From NCBI GenBank assembly GCA_045546195.1, contig JAZQCH010000001.1, forward strand, positions 103,362-167,361: a stretch of 64,000 nucleotides of DNA, written 5' to 3'. Below, piece by piece: positions 39,952 through 51,426 of the stretch. Both the position numbers and the translations under genes were made by a program. This stretch comes from Candidatus Enterousia sp. GTDB lineage: Bacteria; Pseudomonadota; Alphaproteobacteria; Rs-D84. The notes below the pieces were generated by a model, which did not search any database, was not told the DNA's origin, and was given only the letters and a program-made list of their open reading frames with translations. How positions within the stretch are numbered: the first letter of the stretch is position 1; every line of letters starts with the position of its first letter.

Positions 39952-40201
39952 TTTGGACCCTTTTTTTATTTCGGGCGCGAAAAACAAATTTTGGAATTTC
40001 GGCACCCACATTTAATTGTTAACCTTCAGGGGCGCAGGTCAAACCGGCCGCGCGGTGCCACCCTGATTTATAACTTTTTTATCTGTTGCGTCATTCCATG
40101 GTTGTCAGTCATATCATCACAACGCAAATCAGATGAATCACACAGACAAGAGTATATCTACCTTTTTTCTCAATGGCAAGCAATTTATGAAAAAAATACA
40201 A

Positions 40202-40459
40202 TCAAAAGAATTTCTTTTGAAATATTCTGCCATTACCTGTTTTAAGAAAATTTTCAAAATTCCGTGCTTTCTCTTCACTATCAAACGCCACATACCCATG
40301 CAGGGTCCATGGTTTAAATTTATTGGTATATATCGATTTTCCATCATTATGTTCTTTTAAGCGTCTTTTTAAATCACCTGTACAACCAACATAAAAACGT
40401 TCTGGGAAATTTATACTTCGCAAAAGATAAACATAAAACATCAAAAAGTCCGCTTTCAT
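40202..40459 (-). CDS. GIY-YIG nuclease superfamily small protein (paralog of 28473-28718)
   Basis: MFYVYLLRS...FYVGCTGDLKRRLKEHN. About 100 nt 3' of tRNA-Thr, same strand. Confidence 0.7.
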   Translation of the reverse strand: MKADFLMFYVYLLRSINFPERFYVGCTGDLKRRLKEHNDGKSIYTNKFKPWTLHGYVAFDSEEKARNFENFLKTGNGRIFQKKFF

Positions 40460-40528
40460 TCACTACGTTCATTACAGCGCGACATCCGTTTCTCTAACTC
40501 TACACCTTCGCTTGATTTTATTCAAAAT

Positions 40529-40560
40529 CAATCTCGCTGTAGCGCAAGCGAAAGCGGATG
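40529..40560. repeat. 32-nt conserved tRNA 3'-flank motif (copy 2, abutting tRNA-Thr)
   Basis: aatctcgctgtagcgcaagcgaaagcggatgg, identical to 23791-23822. Confidence 0.8.
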
Positions 40561-40632
40561 GTGCCCTAAGCAAGAATCGGACTTGCGACTCGTCCTTACC
40601 AAGGACGTGTTTTACCACTAGACTATTAGGGC
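40559..40632 (-). tRNA. tRNA-Thr (anticodon GGT)
   Basis: Reverse complement GCCCTAA-TA-GTCT..., anticodon arm CGTCC-TTGGTAA-GGACG, T-arm GCAAG-TCCGATT-CTTGC, acceptor TTAGGGC-A-CCA. Confidence 0.75.
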
Positions 40633-40694
40633 AACGATTACGCCCAATTATAAGTGATACACATTAAAAATCAAGGACAAATTGTCCCACATTA

Positions 40695-40726
40695 AATAAA
40701 AATACCGGCAATGCCGGTATTTTTAT
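40695..40726. terminator. Rho-independent terminator
   Basis: aaaaataccggcaatgccggtatttttattc. Confidence 0.8.
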
Positions 40727-41268
40727 TCTATACAACAATTGACGGCGTTCTTTACCCAACTCTTTAACTTTGACACCTTGCCTGAATCTTTTTCGGCTTT
40801 GACTTCTGCTGCCTTGGCTGGGGCCGATTTTTTTGCCACCTTGGCATCCTTCTTGTCCCCGGTCAATAATCCCATATTCAACCCCCAGAACATAGAATAC
40901 AATCCATACGACTGGTCAAACAGGTCATAGGCGGTCTGCTTATCCCCCGCGGCCAGGGCCTTGGTCCCAACTTCGAACACACGCATGGACGCCGCCAACA
41001 GATGCTTTGAAATACACCACACTTCGCCTTCGTACGCTGGAATAATTTTCAGCATGGCGTTTTTACGCATTTCACGCACTTCGTTAATCAAATCATAGAA
41101 CTGTGTCTTGCCGGTTTTCGCACCCGAAAACATTAAATGTTCTTCGATTGAAATCAGGTTCATAATCCCAATTGTCAAATCCTGGTCAGACGACAAATCC
41201 TTTGGATTAACCTTTTTTGCCGCATCCAACTTTTCAACAAATTCCTGAACAGATTCTATTTTTTTCAT
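40723..41268 (-). CDS. Hypothetical protein with Lys/Ala-rich C-terminal tail ending CCIE
   Basis: 181 aa. C-terminal AKVAKKSAPAKAAEVKAEK... is histone-H1-like and low complexity. Terminal CCIE resembles a CaaX box. Confidence 0.4.
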   Translation of the reverse strand: MKKIESVQEFVEKLDAAKKVNPKDLSSDQDLTIGIMNLISIEEHLMFSGAKTGKTQFYDLINEVREMRKNAMLKIIPAYEGEVWCISKHLLAASMRVFEVGTKALAAGDKQTAYDLFDQSYGLYSMFWGLNMGLLTGDKKDAKVAKKSAPAKAAEVKAEKDSGKVSKLKSWVKNAVNCCIE

Positions 41269-41283
41269 TTCAACACCCCTTGC

Positions 41284-41787
41284 TTAAAAACACAGCATCA
41301 TCGCCCAACTGGCCAACGCCAACGCTACAATCGGCAAAACAACCTTTTCAAATGGGAAATGCGCATGCCCACCATTTTTATTCTTCATCCATTGATACAA
41401 CTTGCCTGTGCCAACAAATATCAACGCACCGCAAATCGTGCCAAATAACACCGGATCCATAACAAATCCGCCACAAATCGCAACTGGATTATATTGCACC
41501 GTCCCCAGATATACAAACCCAATCATCGCAACGGACAAAACAATAACAATCGCGTCGCGTCCACGGAAATGCCAATTTTTCTTGTCCATCCATTTCAGCA
41601 TCCAATACCCCAGCAACGTCAACAGCGCCCCGGCCCACAGCCCAACAATACTGTCCGGCACGCCCAAACGACGCGCAATATCCAACCCGGCCCCAACGGC
41701 AATCGTACACACCGGACACGCCGGATTTGCCATAACAGATGACGGCACCAACGCCAACAATGCCAATAACAACTTACGCATAAACAT
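41284..41787 (-). CDS. Hypothetical polytopic membrane protein with CPVC motif
   Basis: Start chosen MFMRKLLLALL (SD aaaagggga). ORF extends to 41946. Confidence 0.4.
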   Translation of the reverse strand: MFMRKLLLALLALVPSSVMANPACPVCTIAVGAGLDIARRLGVPDSIVGLWAGALLTLLGYWMLKWMDKKNWHFRGRDAIVIVLSVAMIGFVYLGTVQYNPVAICGGFVMDPVLFGTICGALIFVGTGKLYQWMKNKNGGHAHFPFEKVVLPIVALALASWAMMLCF

Positions 41788-41984
41788 TTCCCCTTTTCGT
41801 ATAATCACCTGTATTATTCTGAATATCACAAAAAAAGTCAACCACCCATACTGGGAAATAAACACCGCCACACGGGCGGTGTTTATTTCCCCTTTGCCTG
41901 CACCACAAAGTTTTAATACAGTGGTGTCATCCCGCTGCACAACCAATTACACTAATTTCAACCCAATTTTTATTCATAACACAC

Positions 41985-43187
41985 CTATTTTAGTTTTTGT
42001 TTTTCTGCCACCAGCGACGTATTCAACATACGTGAAATACCAACCATAGAATTCACAGACATTGTACTTGGGTTTAATTTATTGATTGCTTCTTCCAACT
42101 GCTGGCACATTTTATGTGTTCGGATAACACCATCAGTATTTGTACCAACACGTGCTTCTGCCTTCGCCAGTGTCTGAAGATTCCGTGCAAAGCCCTCAGG
42201 ATTTTCTTTGGCTAACATAGCTCTATATGTATTATTCACCAGCCACAACTTCGCACCACCTGTTAATTCAGAGTACTGACGACCTGCACAACCATTTGCC
42301 ACCGCCTGTGCCAGCGCATGATATTTCATATCTTCTAAACGCAGTGCCATCAACTGCTCAATCTGATAACGTATCAACATTAAACAGTGTCCAATACTGG
42401 ACAAAACACAATCCAACCTTTCGTTCAAATAACGAATTTCCTGAGCCAGCGGCACAGTCAATTCCAACATATTATCTGTATAGAAGACCGGAGTTCCTTC
42501 TTTATGTATTGGCAATGTCTTCACCGAAATCGGCAACCAATCTTCACGGTTTTGTATAATCCGCATTAAATCTTTTTCTGCCTCTTCCTTGCTGTCATAC
42601 TGCACAGTCCGCCCACCAAAGACCCCTGTACCTAACCTATTCCAATCGTATCTGTCATCAACATACTTTATAACCATATCCTCCAAGGTCATAAAATTAC
42701 GCACATCTATTCCCATTTCATAAAGATATCTTGAAAAACAATCATTTTTTAACATGTCGCGCGCAGGACTGAAATGATACTTTAACACCTTTGGCTGGTC
42801 ATAGACACCATAATACAACTGATTATTCAAACGAAAGAACAATGGAAACTCAACAAAAGATGTATTTTTTTTATCATAATCCACAATCGCTTCACTGGAT
42901 AAATCAAACAAAAATGTTTGCGGATTACAATCTTTAAACATTTCAGGCAATATAGTAGCTTTTTTATCGGCATACTCTACATTAAGTTTTTTGGGCAATT
43001 CATACACATCAAATTTATAAACCATATTATAGCCATGGCCATTTTGCAGCACCCATGACGCATCACTAATATCAGTATGGTTCAACATACCAAAAGTAAA
43101 ACCATTCATAATATATCCGTCACGTTTACATAACTCATTTATAAACTTATACATAAATTCCATATTTAGATATTCTTCACGAACCAT
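41985..43187 (-). CDS. Hypothetical protein (low GC)
   Basis: Start chosen MVREEYL (SD aaaggtg). About 400 aa, no recognisable domain. Confidence 0.4.
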   Translation of the reverse strand: MVREEYLNMEFMYKFINELCKRDGYIMNGFTFGMLNHTDISDASWVLQNGHGYNMVYKFDVYELPKKLNVEYADKKATILPEMFKDCNPQTFLFDLSSEAIVDYDKKNTSFVEFPLFFRLNNQLYYGVYDQPKVLKYHFSPARDMLKNDCFSRYLYEMGIDVRNFMTLEDMVIKYVDDRYDWNRLGTGVFGGRTVQYDSKEEAEKDLMRIIQNREDWLPISVKTLPIHKEGTPVFYTDNMLELTVPLAQEIRYLNERLDCVLSSIGHCLMLIRYQIEQLMALRLEDMKYHALAQAVANGCAGRQYSELTGGAKLWLVNNTYRAMLAKENPEGFARNLQTLAKAEARVGTNTDGVIRTHKMCQQLEEAINKLNPSTMSVNSMVGISRMLNTSLVAEKQKLK

Positions 43188-43396
43188 AAAAGCACCTTTT
43201 ATATTTAACAAAAACCTTAGCACACAAACCCAAAAAATCAACAAGAAAGATTGACAAATATAAAAAGCGTACTGTACTTATATCAACAAGTAACCAAAAA
43301 AGAAAAAAACACAATGAACCAAGAAAACTATGATATTGCATCCGCATTTATCCCAAACACAAAAACGCGCTAACAATCCAACTATACCAAAAATTA

Positions 43397-43440
43397 AACC
43401 CCGAATAAATCGGGGGTGAATCTTTGGTAGCAGCGCAGTC
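43397..43440. repeat. Partial duplicate of the tRNA-Met 3' end plus its downstream hairpin
   Basis: aaaccccgaataaatcgggggtgaatctttggtagcagcgcag compared with aaaaccgggataaacccggtttgaattctggtagcagcggag at 43566-43617. Confidence 0.6.
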
Positions 43441-43606
43441 GATTGTGTATTCCCACACACTTTGTGTGCGGGCCCCTTTCCAAATCGCAACGGTTTCGCC
43501 GCGTTTCACTTGCAAAACCTGCTTTTTTGTCGGACCCTGGGGTCCTTATCGTCCTTTGCTAACCAAAATTAAAACCGGGATAAACCCGGTTTGAATTCTG
43601 GTAGCA

Positions 43607-43681
43607 GCGGAGGGATTCGGACCCCCGACCAAAGGATTATGATTCCTCTGCTCTACCACTGAGCTACGCTGCCAATGCCCC
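43607..43681 (-). tRNA. tRNA-Met or tRNA-Ile2 (anticodon CAT), elongator type
   Basis: Reverse complement GGCAGCG-TA-GCTC-AGTGGTA-GAGC, anticodon arm GAGGA-ATCATAA-TCCTT, T-arm GGGGG-TCCGAAT-CCCTC, CCA encoded. Not initiator (no GGG/CCC in anticodon stem). Confidence 0.75.
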
Positions 43682-43809
43682 GCATTATAACAGCAATTTT
43701 TTCAAAAGCAAGCAAAACAAACACACCGATTTTATTCACATTTACAATAATTATGTTTTTTAATAAAATAATATTGCGACCAAACCTAATTTATGATATC
43801 ATACGCCCT

Positions 43810-44367
43810 ATGAAAAAAATCTTATGTTCTTTATTGATAATATCTGCCACGACGACTGCCAACGCAGATACAAACCCGTTTTTCAACGGATACGATAACC
43901 AGGTCACCGTCAATTTCGGTTGGGGGGTTGATGACGGATTTTTAATTCCCGCCCCTGTCAAATGGGTACCATTTATAATGCTGCATGCCCAGTATTCCCA
44001 ACCAACGGAATTTTTCCGCCTGCCGGCACGCAAATCAATCAACATAACCCAGACCCTGGGGTCGGGCACATCACGCGGGTGGCATTGGGACAAATACACA
44101 ATACCCATTGCCACCTTGTCCGAAGATGTAATTTTGGCACACGGCAAAAACTGGTATTTTTATTCCGGACTGGCCGTCGGCATGCAAATGCAGCAAAACG
44201 AACGCATTGGTTCAAAACTGCTGTTTGGTTTTAAACTGGGCACTGGCTTTAAACTGTCCGAATGTACAAATCTGGAATTATTTGCCCAGCATTATTCCAA
44301 CGGCAACACCGCACCTGAAAACAATTCATACGCATTTTTTGGCGCGGGTCTAAGCTATAATTTCTAA
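43810..44367 (+). CDS. Outer-membrane lipid A deacylase PagL-like 8-stranded beta-barrel
   Basis: Start MKKILCSLLIISATTTANA. HYSNGN (H-x-S-N-G catalytic motif). C-terminal ...GLSYNF. Confidence 0.5.
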   Translation: MKKILCSLLIISATTTANADTNPFFNGYDNQVTVNFGWGVDDGFLIPAPVKWVPFIMLHAQYSQPTEFFRLPARKSINITQTLGSGTSRGWHWDKYTIPIATLSEDVILAHGKNWYFYSGLAVGMQMQQNERIGSKLLFGFKLGTGFKLSECTNLELFAQHYSNGNTAPENNSYAFFGAGLSYNF

Positions 44368-44368
44368 A

Positions 44369-44400
44369 TAAAAACCCGCCGGGTGGCGGGATTTTTTTAT
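44369..44400. terminator. Bidirectional rho-independent terminator
   Basis: aaaaacccgccgggtggcgggatttttttatt. Confidence 0.8.
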
Positions 44401-45206
44401 TGTATAAACTGTGTTGCGACACTGCCCAGTGATTGTAATGCCCCCATACCACCACTGTTTGCGACACTGCCAACCGTCTGCATAATTGTTGCGGTATTGG
44501 TCTTCTGACCCAGATTTCCGACCGTATCGACCAAAAATTCACCCCACAACGCTTTTTTCTTGGCGTTTAATTTGGCATATGAACAATTTTCAATCTTTGA
44601 AATCAGTACACCGGCCATTTTTGCTTCTTGTTGGGTATAATCCGTCGTATCAAAATCAATCAAGTTAAACACATCATATATATTTGACACATACTGCCTA
44701 TGCTTGTCCGCACATGTGGTCAACGACCCATCTGTACAGTAATATGTACTGACCGCCATTGGGAATTTTTCCCAGACCATCCCTTCGTTACCGCTGCCAC
44801 CGAACCAATCATAGCACAGCATATCTTTTTCATCTGCCCCTTCGGCGATACGCACATTTGCCTGGTACCCGCCGGTTGGCGTTGTACACCGTTTCATCCC
44901 CAGTGCGGTTTGAACCTCGTCTGCGGTCTTGGCACCTGTTTTTGCCCACTCTTTTACAGTATTGTTCACAAAACTTATCTCTGCGCTGCTGGGGATACAT
45001 TCTGCGGTCAGCGCCTTTTGCTGTTGCGTCAGTTGTTTTACACTGCTGACCAACCCCAGCACAGTTCCAACCAAACTGCCTGTATTATCTGTGATTGACG
45101 ACTGTTTCGTGGCGACCGGTGCCGCTTTTTTAATAGTAATCGCCCCCATGGCGGCATTTTGCGCCATAAACACAGCCCCGATAAAAATCAGCAAAAATTT
45201 ATTCAT
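44397..45206 (-). CDS. Secreted hypothetical protein
   Basis: 269 aa, signal peptide, 10 Cys. Confidence 0.4.
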   Translation of the reverse strand: MNKFLLIFIGAVFMAQNAAMGAITIKKAAPVATKQSSITDNTGSLVGTVLGLVSSVKQLTQQQKALTAECIPSSAEISFVNNTVKEWAKTGAKTADEVQTALGMKRCTTPTGGYQANVRIAEGADEKDMLCYDWFGGSGNEGMVWEKFPMAVSTYYCTDGSLTTCADKHRQYVSNIYDVFNLIDFDTTDYTQQEAKMAGVLISKIENCSYAKLNAKKKALWGEFLVDTVGNLGQKTNTATIMQTVGSVANSGGMGALQSLGSVATQFIQ

Positions 45207-45292
45207 CTCTCTTAATTTTAATTATAACACAAAAAACAGTCGCAATAAATATAAAAATTGCAATTTAATTATTTACGGTCTAAACTGAAAAC

Positions 45293-45772
45293 GTGCACAA
45301 AGACAAACGCAATTTTATTATATTCACAAAACACAGACGCCTGAAACGCCTGTGGCAGTTTTTCTTTACCAGTTGGGGTCTGGTGATGGTTGCGGCCCTG
45401 GTTGCGGGTTCCTTGTTCACCAAACAGATTTTATGGACACCGATATCTGCGATTAACATGACCGACATCGTCAGTAATCAGTTCAAGATGTCCGGCGCAT
45501 CATTTGTCGGCACCGATAAAAACGGTGAACCGTTCAAGATTCGCGCCAAAACCGGATACCAAGAATACGACAACCCCGACATAATATTTCTGGACACTGT
45601 ATCTGGCACCCTGCGTCGCGCATCCAACGGGACCAAGATAACAAACAACATTACCGCGAACCACGGTCAATATAACCGCAAAAATAAAACAATAACATTA
45701 ACCGGCGACGTCCATGTTGATTCCAGCAACGGCGACCGTGTCCGCACACAAGAATTGGTGATAAGGCTATGA
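45293..45772 (+). CDS. lptC: LptC-like LPS export protein (N-terminal TM anchor, OstA-like fold); lptA not present between lptC and lptB
   Basis: TM helix followed by a beta-jellyroll-like region. 4-bp overlap with lptB. Confidence 0.5.
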   Translation: MHKDKRNFIIFTKHRRLKRLWQFFFTSWGLVMVAALVAGSLFTKQILWTPISAINMTDIVSNQFKMSGASFVGTDKNGEPFKIRAKTGYQEYDNPDIIFLDTVSGTLRRASNGTKITNNITANHGQYNRKNKTITLTGDVHVDSSNGDRVRTQELVIRL

Positions 45773-46497
45773 AACAATCTGTATTACGCGTTGAACATTT
45801 ATCCAAATCATACGGCAAACGCATGGTTATCCGTGATGTATCACTTGTCGCCCGCCAGGGTGAATCTGTGGGGCTGTTGGGGCCAAACGGTGCCGGCAAA
45901 ACAACTGCGTTCTATTGTATCACAGGACAACTTGCGGCGACCGGCGGCCATATTTTCCTTAACTCCCAGGACATAACGCACCTGCCGTTTTATCAGCGTG
46001 CGCGCCTGCACATCGGATACCTGCCCCAGGAAAACAGTGTATTTCGCGGTCTGACGGTTGAACAAAACATCATGGCAATCTTAGAGGTTGTCGAACCAGA
46101 CAAAAAGAAACGCCAGAAAAAACTGGATTCCCTGTTGGATGAATTTTCCATCACATCCCTGCGTCGCAGTCCTGCGACCGCCCTGTCGGGTGGGGAACGT
46201 CGTCGCGTTGAAATTGCGCGTGCCTTGGCAAACGACCCAAAATTTATTTTGCTGGACGAACCGTTTGCCGGTATTGACCCAATCGCCGTTAACGAAATCC
46301 GCAGTCTGGTATCCCAGTTAAAGAACCGCGGTCTGGGCGTAATCATCACCGACCATAATGTGCGTGAAACATTGGGCATCACCGACCGCAGTTATGTTCT
46401 GCACGACGGCAAGATATTAAAACACGGAACCACATCTGAAATCGTCCAAGACGAAATGGTAAAAAAAGTATATCTGGGCGAAGATTTTGTTATGTAA
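45769..46497 (+). CDS. lptB: LPS export ABC transporter ATP-binding protein LptB
   Basis: GPNGAGKTT, LSGGERRRVEIARAL, LLDEPFAGIDP. Confidence 0.9.
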   Translation: MKQSVLRVEHLSKSYGKRMVIRDVSLVARQGESVGLLGPNGAGKTTAFYCITGQLAATGGHIFLNSQDITHLPFYQRARLHIGYLPQENSVFRGLTVEQNIMAILEVVEPDKKKRQKKLDSLLDEFSITSLRRSPATALSGGERRRVEIARALANDPKFILLDEPFAGIDPIAVNEIRSLVSQLKNRGLGVIITDHNVRETLGITDRSYVLHDGKILKHGTTSEIVQDEMVKKVYLGEDFVM

Positions 46498-46530
46498 TTT
46501 TTCTAAAAACCAGAATTCAAATACAGATTT

Positions 46531-46624
46531 AGTGGTCAGTGTTAGTGACTAGTGTTTAGTGATTGTGTGCGGCATTTGCCGCACATCATAATGCCACCAC
46601 TAACCACTTACACAAACCACTAAA
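46531..46624. repeat. Family B roughly 95-bp palindromic element (central tgtgcggcatttgccgcaca) at the lptB/ung convergent junction
   Basis: About 80% identical to the reverse complement of 51327-51421. Followed by terminator 46622-46650. Confidence 0.75.
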
Positions 46625-46648
46625 AAATCCCCCAATCGGGGGGATTTT

Positions 46649-47311
46649 CTACCACTCAATCGGTGTTTTACCATTTTGTGTTAAATATTCATTTGCGCGA
46701 CTGAAATGCTTGTTTCCAAAAAAACCACGATACGCCGACAACGGTGACGGGTGTGCACTTTTCAGCACCAGGTTTTTTTCCGGATTCACAAAGGCTGCTT
46801 TTTTCTGGGCATAACTGCCCCACAGCATATAAACAATATTATCGCGCGCACTAACCGCACGAATAACACTGTCGGTAAATTCTTCCCATCCGCGCCCTGC
46901 GTGCGACGCCGCCGCGTGTGCCCGAACAGTTAATGTTGCGTTCAACAACAACACACCCTGGTTTGCCCAGTGTGTCAAATCACCATTTGTAATCGATTTT
47001 CGCCCCAAATCAGATTCAATTTCCTTATAGATATTCACCAATGACGGCGGAATTGGTGTCGGCGGCAAAACTGAAAAACACAGTCCATGCGCCTGGCCGG
47101 GTTCATGATATGGGTCCTGACCGATAATCACAACCTTGACCCGGTCAATTGGGCACAAATTAAAAGCATTAAAAATATTTTGTGGCGCGGGATACACGGT
47201 TTTCCCAGATAAATATTCCCCCCGCACAAAATCCGTTAATTTGATAAAATATTCTTTATCAAATTCTGCGCTTAACGCATCTTTCCAAGATTGTTCAATT
47301 TTCACATTCAT
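46649..47311 (-). CDS. ung: Uracil-DNA glycosylase
   Basis: GQDPYHEPGQAHGLCFSV, HPSPLS. Start chosen MNVKIEQSW. ORF extends to 47344. Confidence 0.88.
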   Translation of the reverse strand: MNVKIEQSWKDALSAEFDKEYFIKLTDFVRGEYLSGKTVYPAPQNIFNAFNLCPIDRVKVVIIGQDPYHEPGQAHGLCFSVLPPTPIPPSLVNIYKEIESDLGRKSITNGDLTHWANQGVLLLNATLTVRAHAAASHAGRGWEEFTDSVIRAVSARDNIVYMLWGSYAQKKAAFVNPEKNLVLKSAHPSPLSAYRGFFGNKHFSRANEYLTQNGKTPIEW

Positions 47312-47949
47312 AGTTCTATCAACCCCTGTTGAAGTCCCTTCCATAACACCACATCAATATATCCGCGTGGCAATCCCGTCTCAACACACAAATGCGCAAA
47401 CATATCGTCGCATGCCGACTTGATTTCAAGCGACAAATCCCCATTATCGATTGGCAAATTTTTGTTTGCGAAGACGCACCCCAACCGCTGAATCCATACA
47501 TCATACTTTACAACATCTTCGCCCAGGTTTCGCGCCAAATGATTTGCGGTAATTTTACCAATATGCGGCAATTTTTGTAAATAGTTTATTTTATCATCCA
47601 ATGATTTCAGCCCATAATATTCATCCCGCAACTGTTTTCGATTATTCCATATTTTACAAATTGCGTTTATTTTATTTTTATTGTTAAAAATCTGAATCAG
47701 GGCATCAAATTCTGCCCCTGACACGCGCATATAATTCATAATTTTTTCGTGAATTTTTTTCGCTGTTTGTTGTGAAAAACCACCCGCTAAAATCACATAG
47801 GCACAATGCGACGCAAACGTATCCGCATCATAAATTTTTCGCGCACGCATGTTTTCCAGTATTTCATCAAAACTTTGCGCATCACTGTCCAACCCCGCCG
47901 CACGCAGTCGCGCATCTAAATCAAAAAACCAATCACGCGAAAAATCCAT
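47308..47949 (-). CDS. HhH-GPD superfamily DNA glycosylase-like protein
   Basis: HhH motif LPHIGKITANHLARNLG with Lys. About 210 aa, MagIII/EndoIII-like size. Forms an operon with ung. Confidence 0.45.
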   Translation of the reverse strand: MDFSRDWFFDLDARLRAAGLDSDAQSFDEILENMRARKIYDADTFASHCAYVILAGGFSQQTAKKIHEKIMNYMRVSGAEFDALIQIFNNKNKINAICKIWNNRKQLRDEYYGLKSLDDKINYLQKLPHIGKITANHLARNLGEDVVKYDVWIQRLGCVFANKNLPIDNGDLSLEIKSACDDMFAHLCVETGLPRGYIDVVLWKGLQQGLIEL

Positions 47950-48242
47950 TACCCACGCCCTGCCCCGATTGCCGCCAACTGTTCCGGGGTTAATTGCGGT
48001 TGTTGCGGCGCCATCATTTCCTGTAATTTTTCGGTCCCCGCGTTTAATTTACCCGCCGGCGTTTCCAGTTCTGCGATACGTTTTTTAATCCACTCAATCC
48101 GTGATTTTTTATGCCAAATTTGTGAATCAGACACAGCGGCACCATAGGCTTCAATCTCGGCCTCTAATTTATGTAATTCTTCGGTCAGTTTTTCCTTCTC
48201 GGACCTGCCCCATTTAACCAAGCTATCTGCCATAATAAACAC
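47949..48242 (-). CDS. Hypothetical coiled-coil protein
   Basis: 97 aa, heptad-rich. Confidence 0.3.
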   Translation of the reverse strand: MFIMADSLVKWGRSEKEKLTEELHKLEAEIEAYGAAVSDSQIWHKKSRIEWIKKRIAELETPAGKLNAGTEKLQEMMAPQQPQLTPEQLAAIGAGRG

Positions 48243-48280
48243 CTTGTAAAACTATGGCGCGGTCACCCGCGCCATTATCA

Positions 48281-50752
<2,472 letters not shown>

Positions 50753-50754
50753 TT

Positions 50755-51324
50755 ATGAAATTCAAATTATTATATTTTGGCGACATTTTGATTAACCCAA
50801 AAAAGCGTGCCCAGCATATCGCGGACATCCGTATGCAGTTCCATCCACAACTAAAAAAACTGGTTGAACACAGTCCTTGGAACAACCTGACGCAATACAT
50901 GGTACCCGACCCAACAAAAAGCCCAATCACCACCCGTCACATTGGTGGCATTGATTGGAATCCGATTATTACACCGAACCTGAAACTGATTGCGGAATTG
51001 GACATCCAGATGTTACACCCTGAAATTGTGGGCGTTCCACGTTCAGACATCGACAACCGTGTTAAAACGATTATGGATGGGCTGCGTTGCCCCCAGAACG
51101 AACACGAAATCGGCGCGAACACACCGCGTGACATTGGGCCAATCTACACACTGTTGGACGACGACCATCTGATTACCAAATTGTCTGTTAACACCAGCCA
51201 CCTTTTGGATTCCAGTTTATTTGCCCAGCACGCCCAGTGCACACCTGATTCCGTCTTTATGATGATTGATGTCAACGTGCGCGTCGCCGAAGGCACCCTG
51301 GAAAACCTGCCATTTATGGTGTAA
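50755..51324 (+). CDS. Hypothetical protein
   Basis: 189-aa ORF, no recognisable motif. Confidence 0.35.
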   Translation: MKFKLLYFGDILINPKKRAQHIADIRMQFHPQLKKLVEHSPWNNLTQYMVPDPTKSPITTRHIGGIDWNPIITPNLKLIAELDIQMLHPEIVGVPRSDIDNRVKTIMDGLRCPQNEHEIGANTPRDIGPIYTLLDDDHLITKLSVNTSHLLDSSLFAQHAQCTPDSVFMMIDVNVRVAEGTLENLPFMV

Positions 51325-51326
51325 AA

Positions 51327-51421
51327 GTGTAAGTGAATAGTCGCAAGTGATTAGTGATGGCACAATAATGTGCGGCAAATGCCGCACACAATCACTAACC
51401 ACTAACCACTTACACTAACCA
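51327..51421. repeat. Family B roughly 95-bp palindromic element (gtgtaagtg...atgtgcggcaaatgccgcaca...cacttacac)
   Basis: Long imperfect palindrome at the convergent junction between 50755-51324 and the pilR-like gene. Reverse-complement copy of 46531-46624. Confidence 0.75.
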
Positions 51422-51426
51422 CTAAA

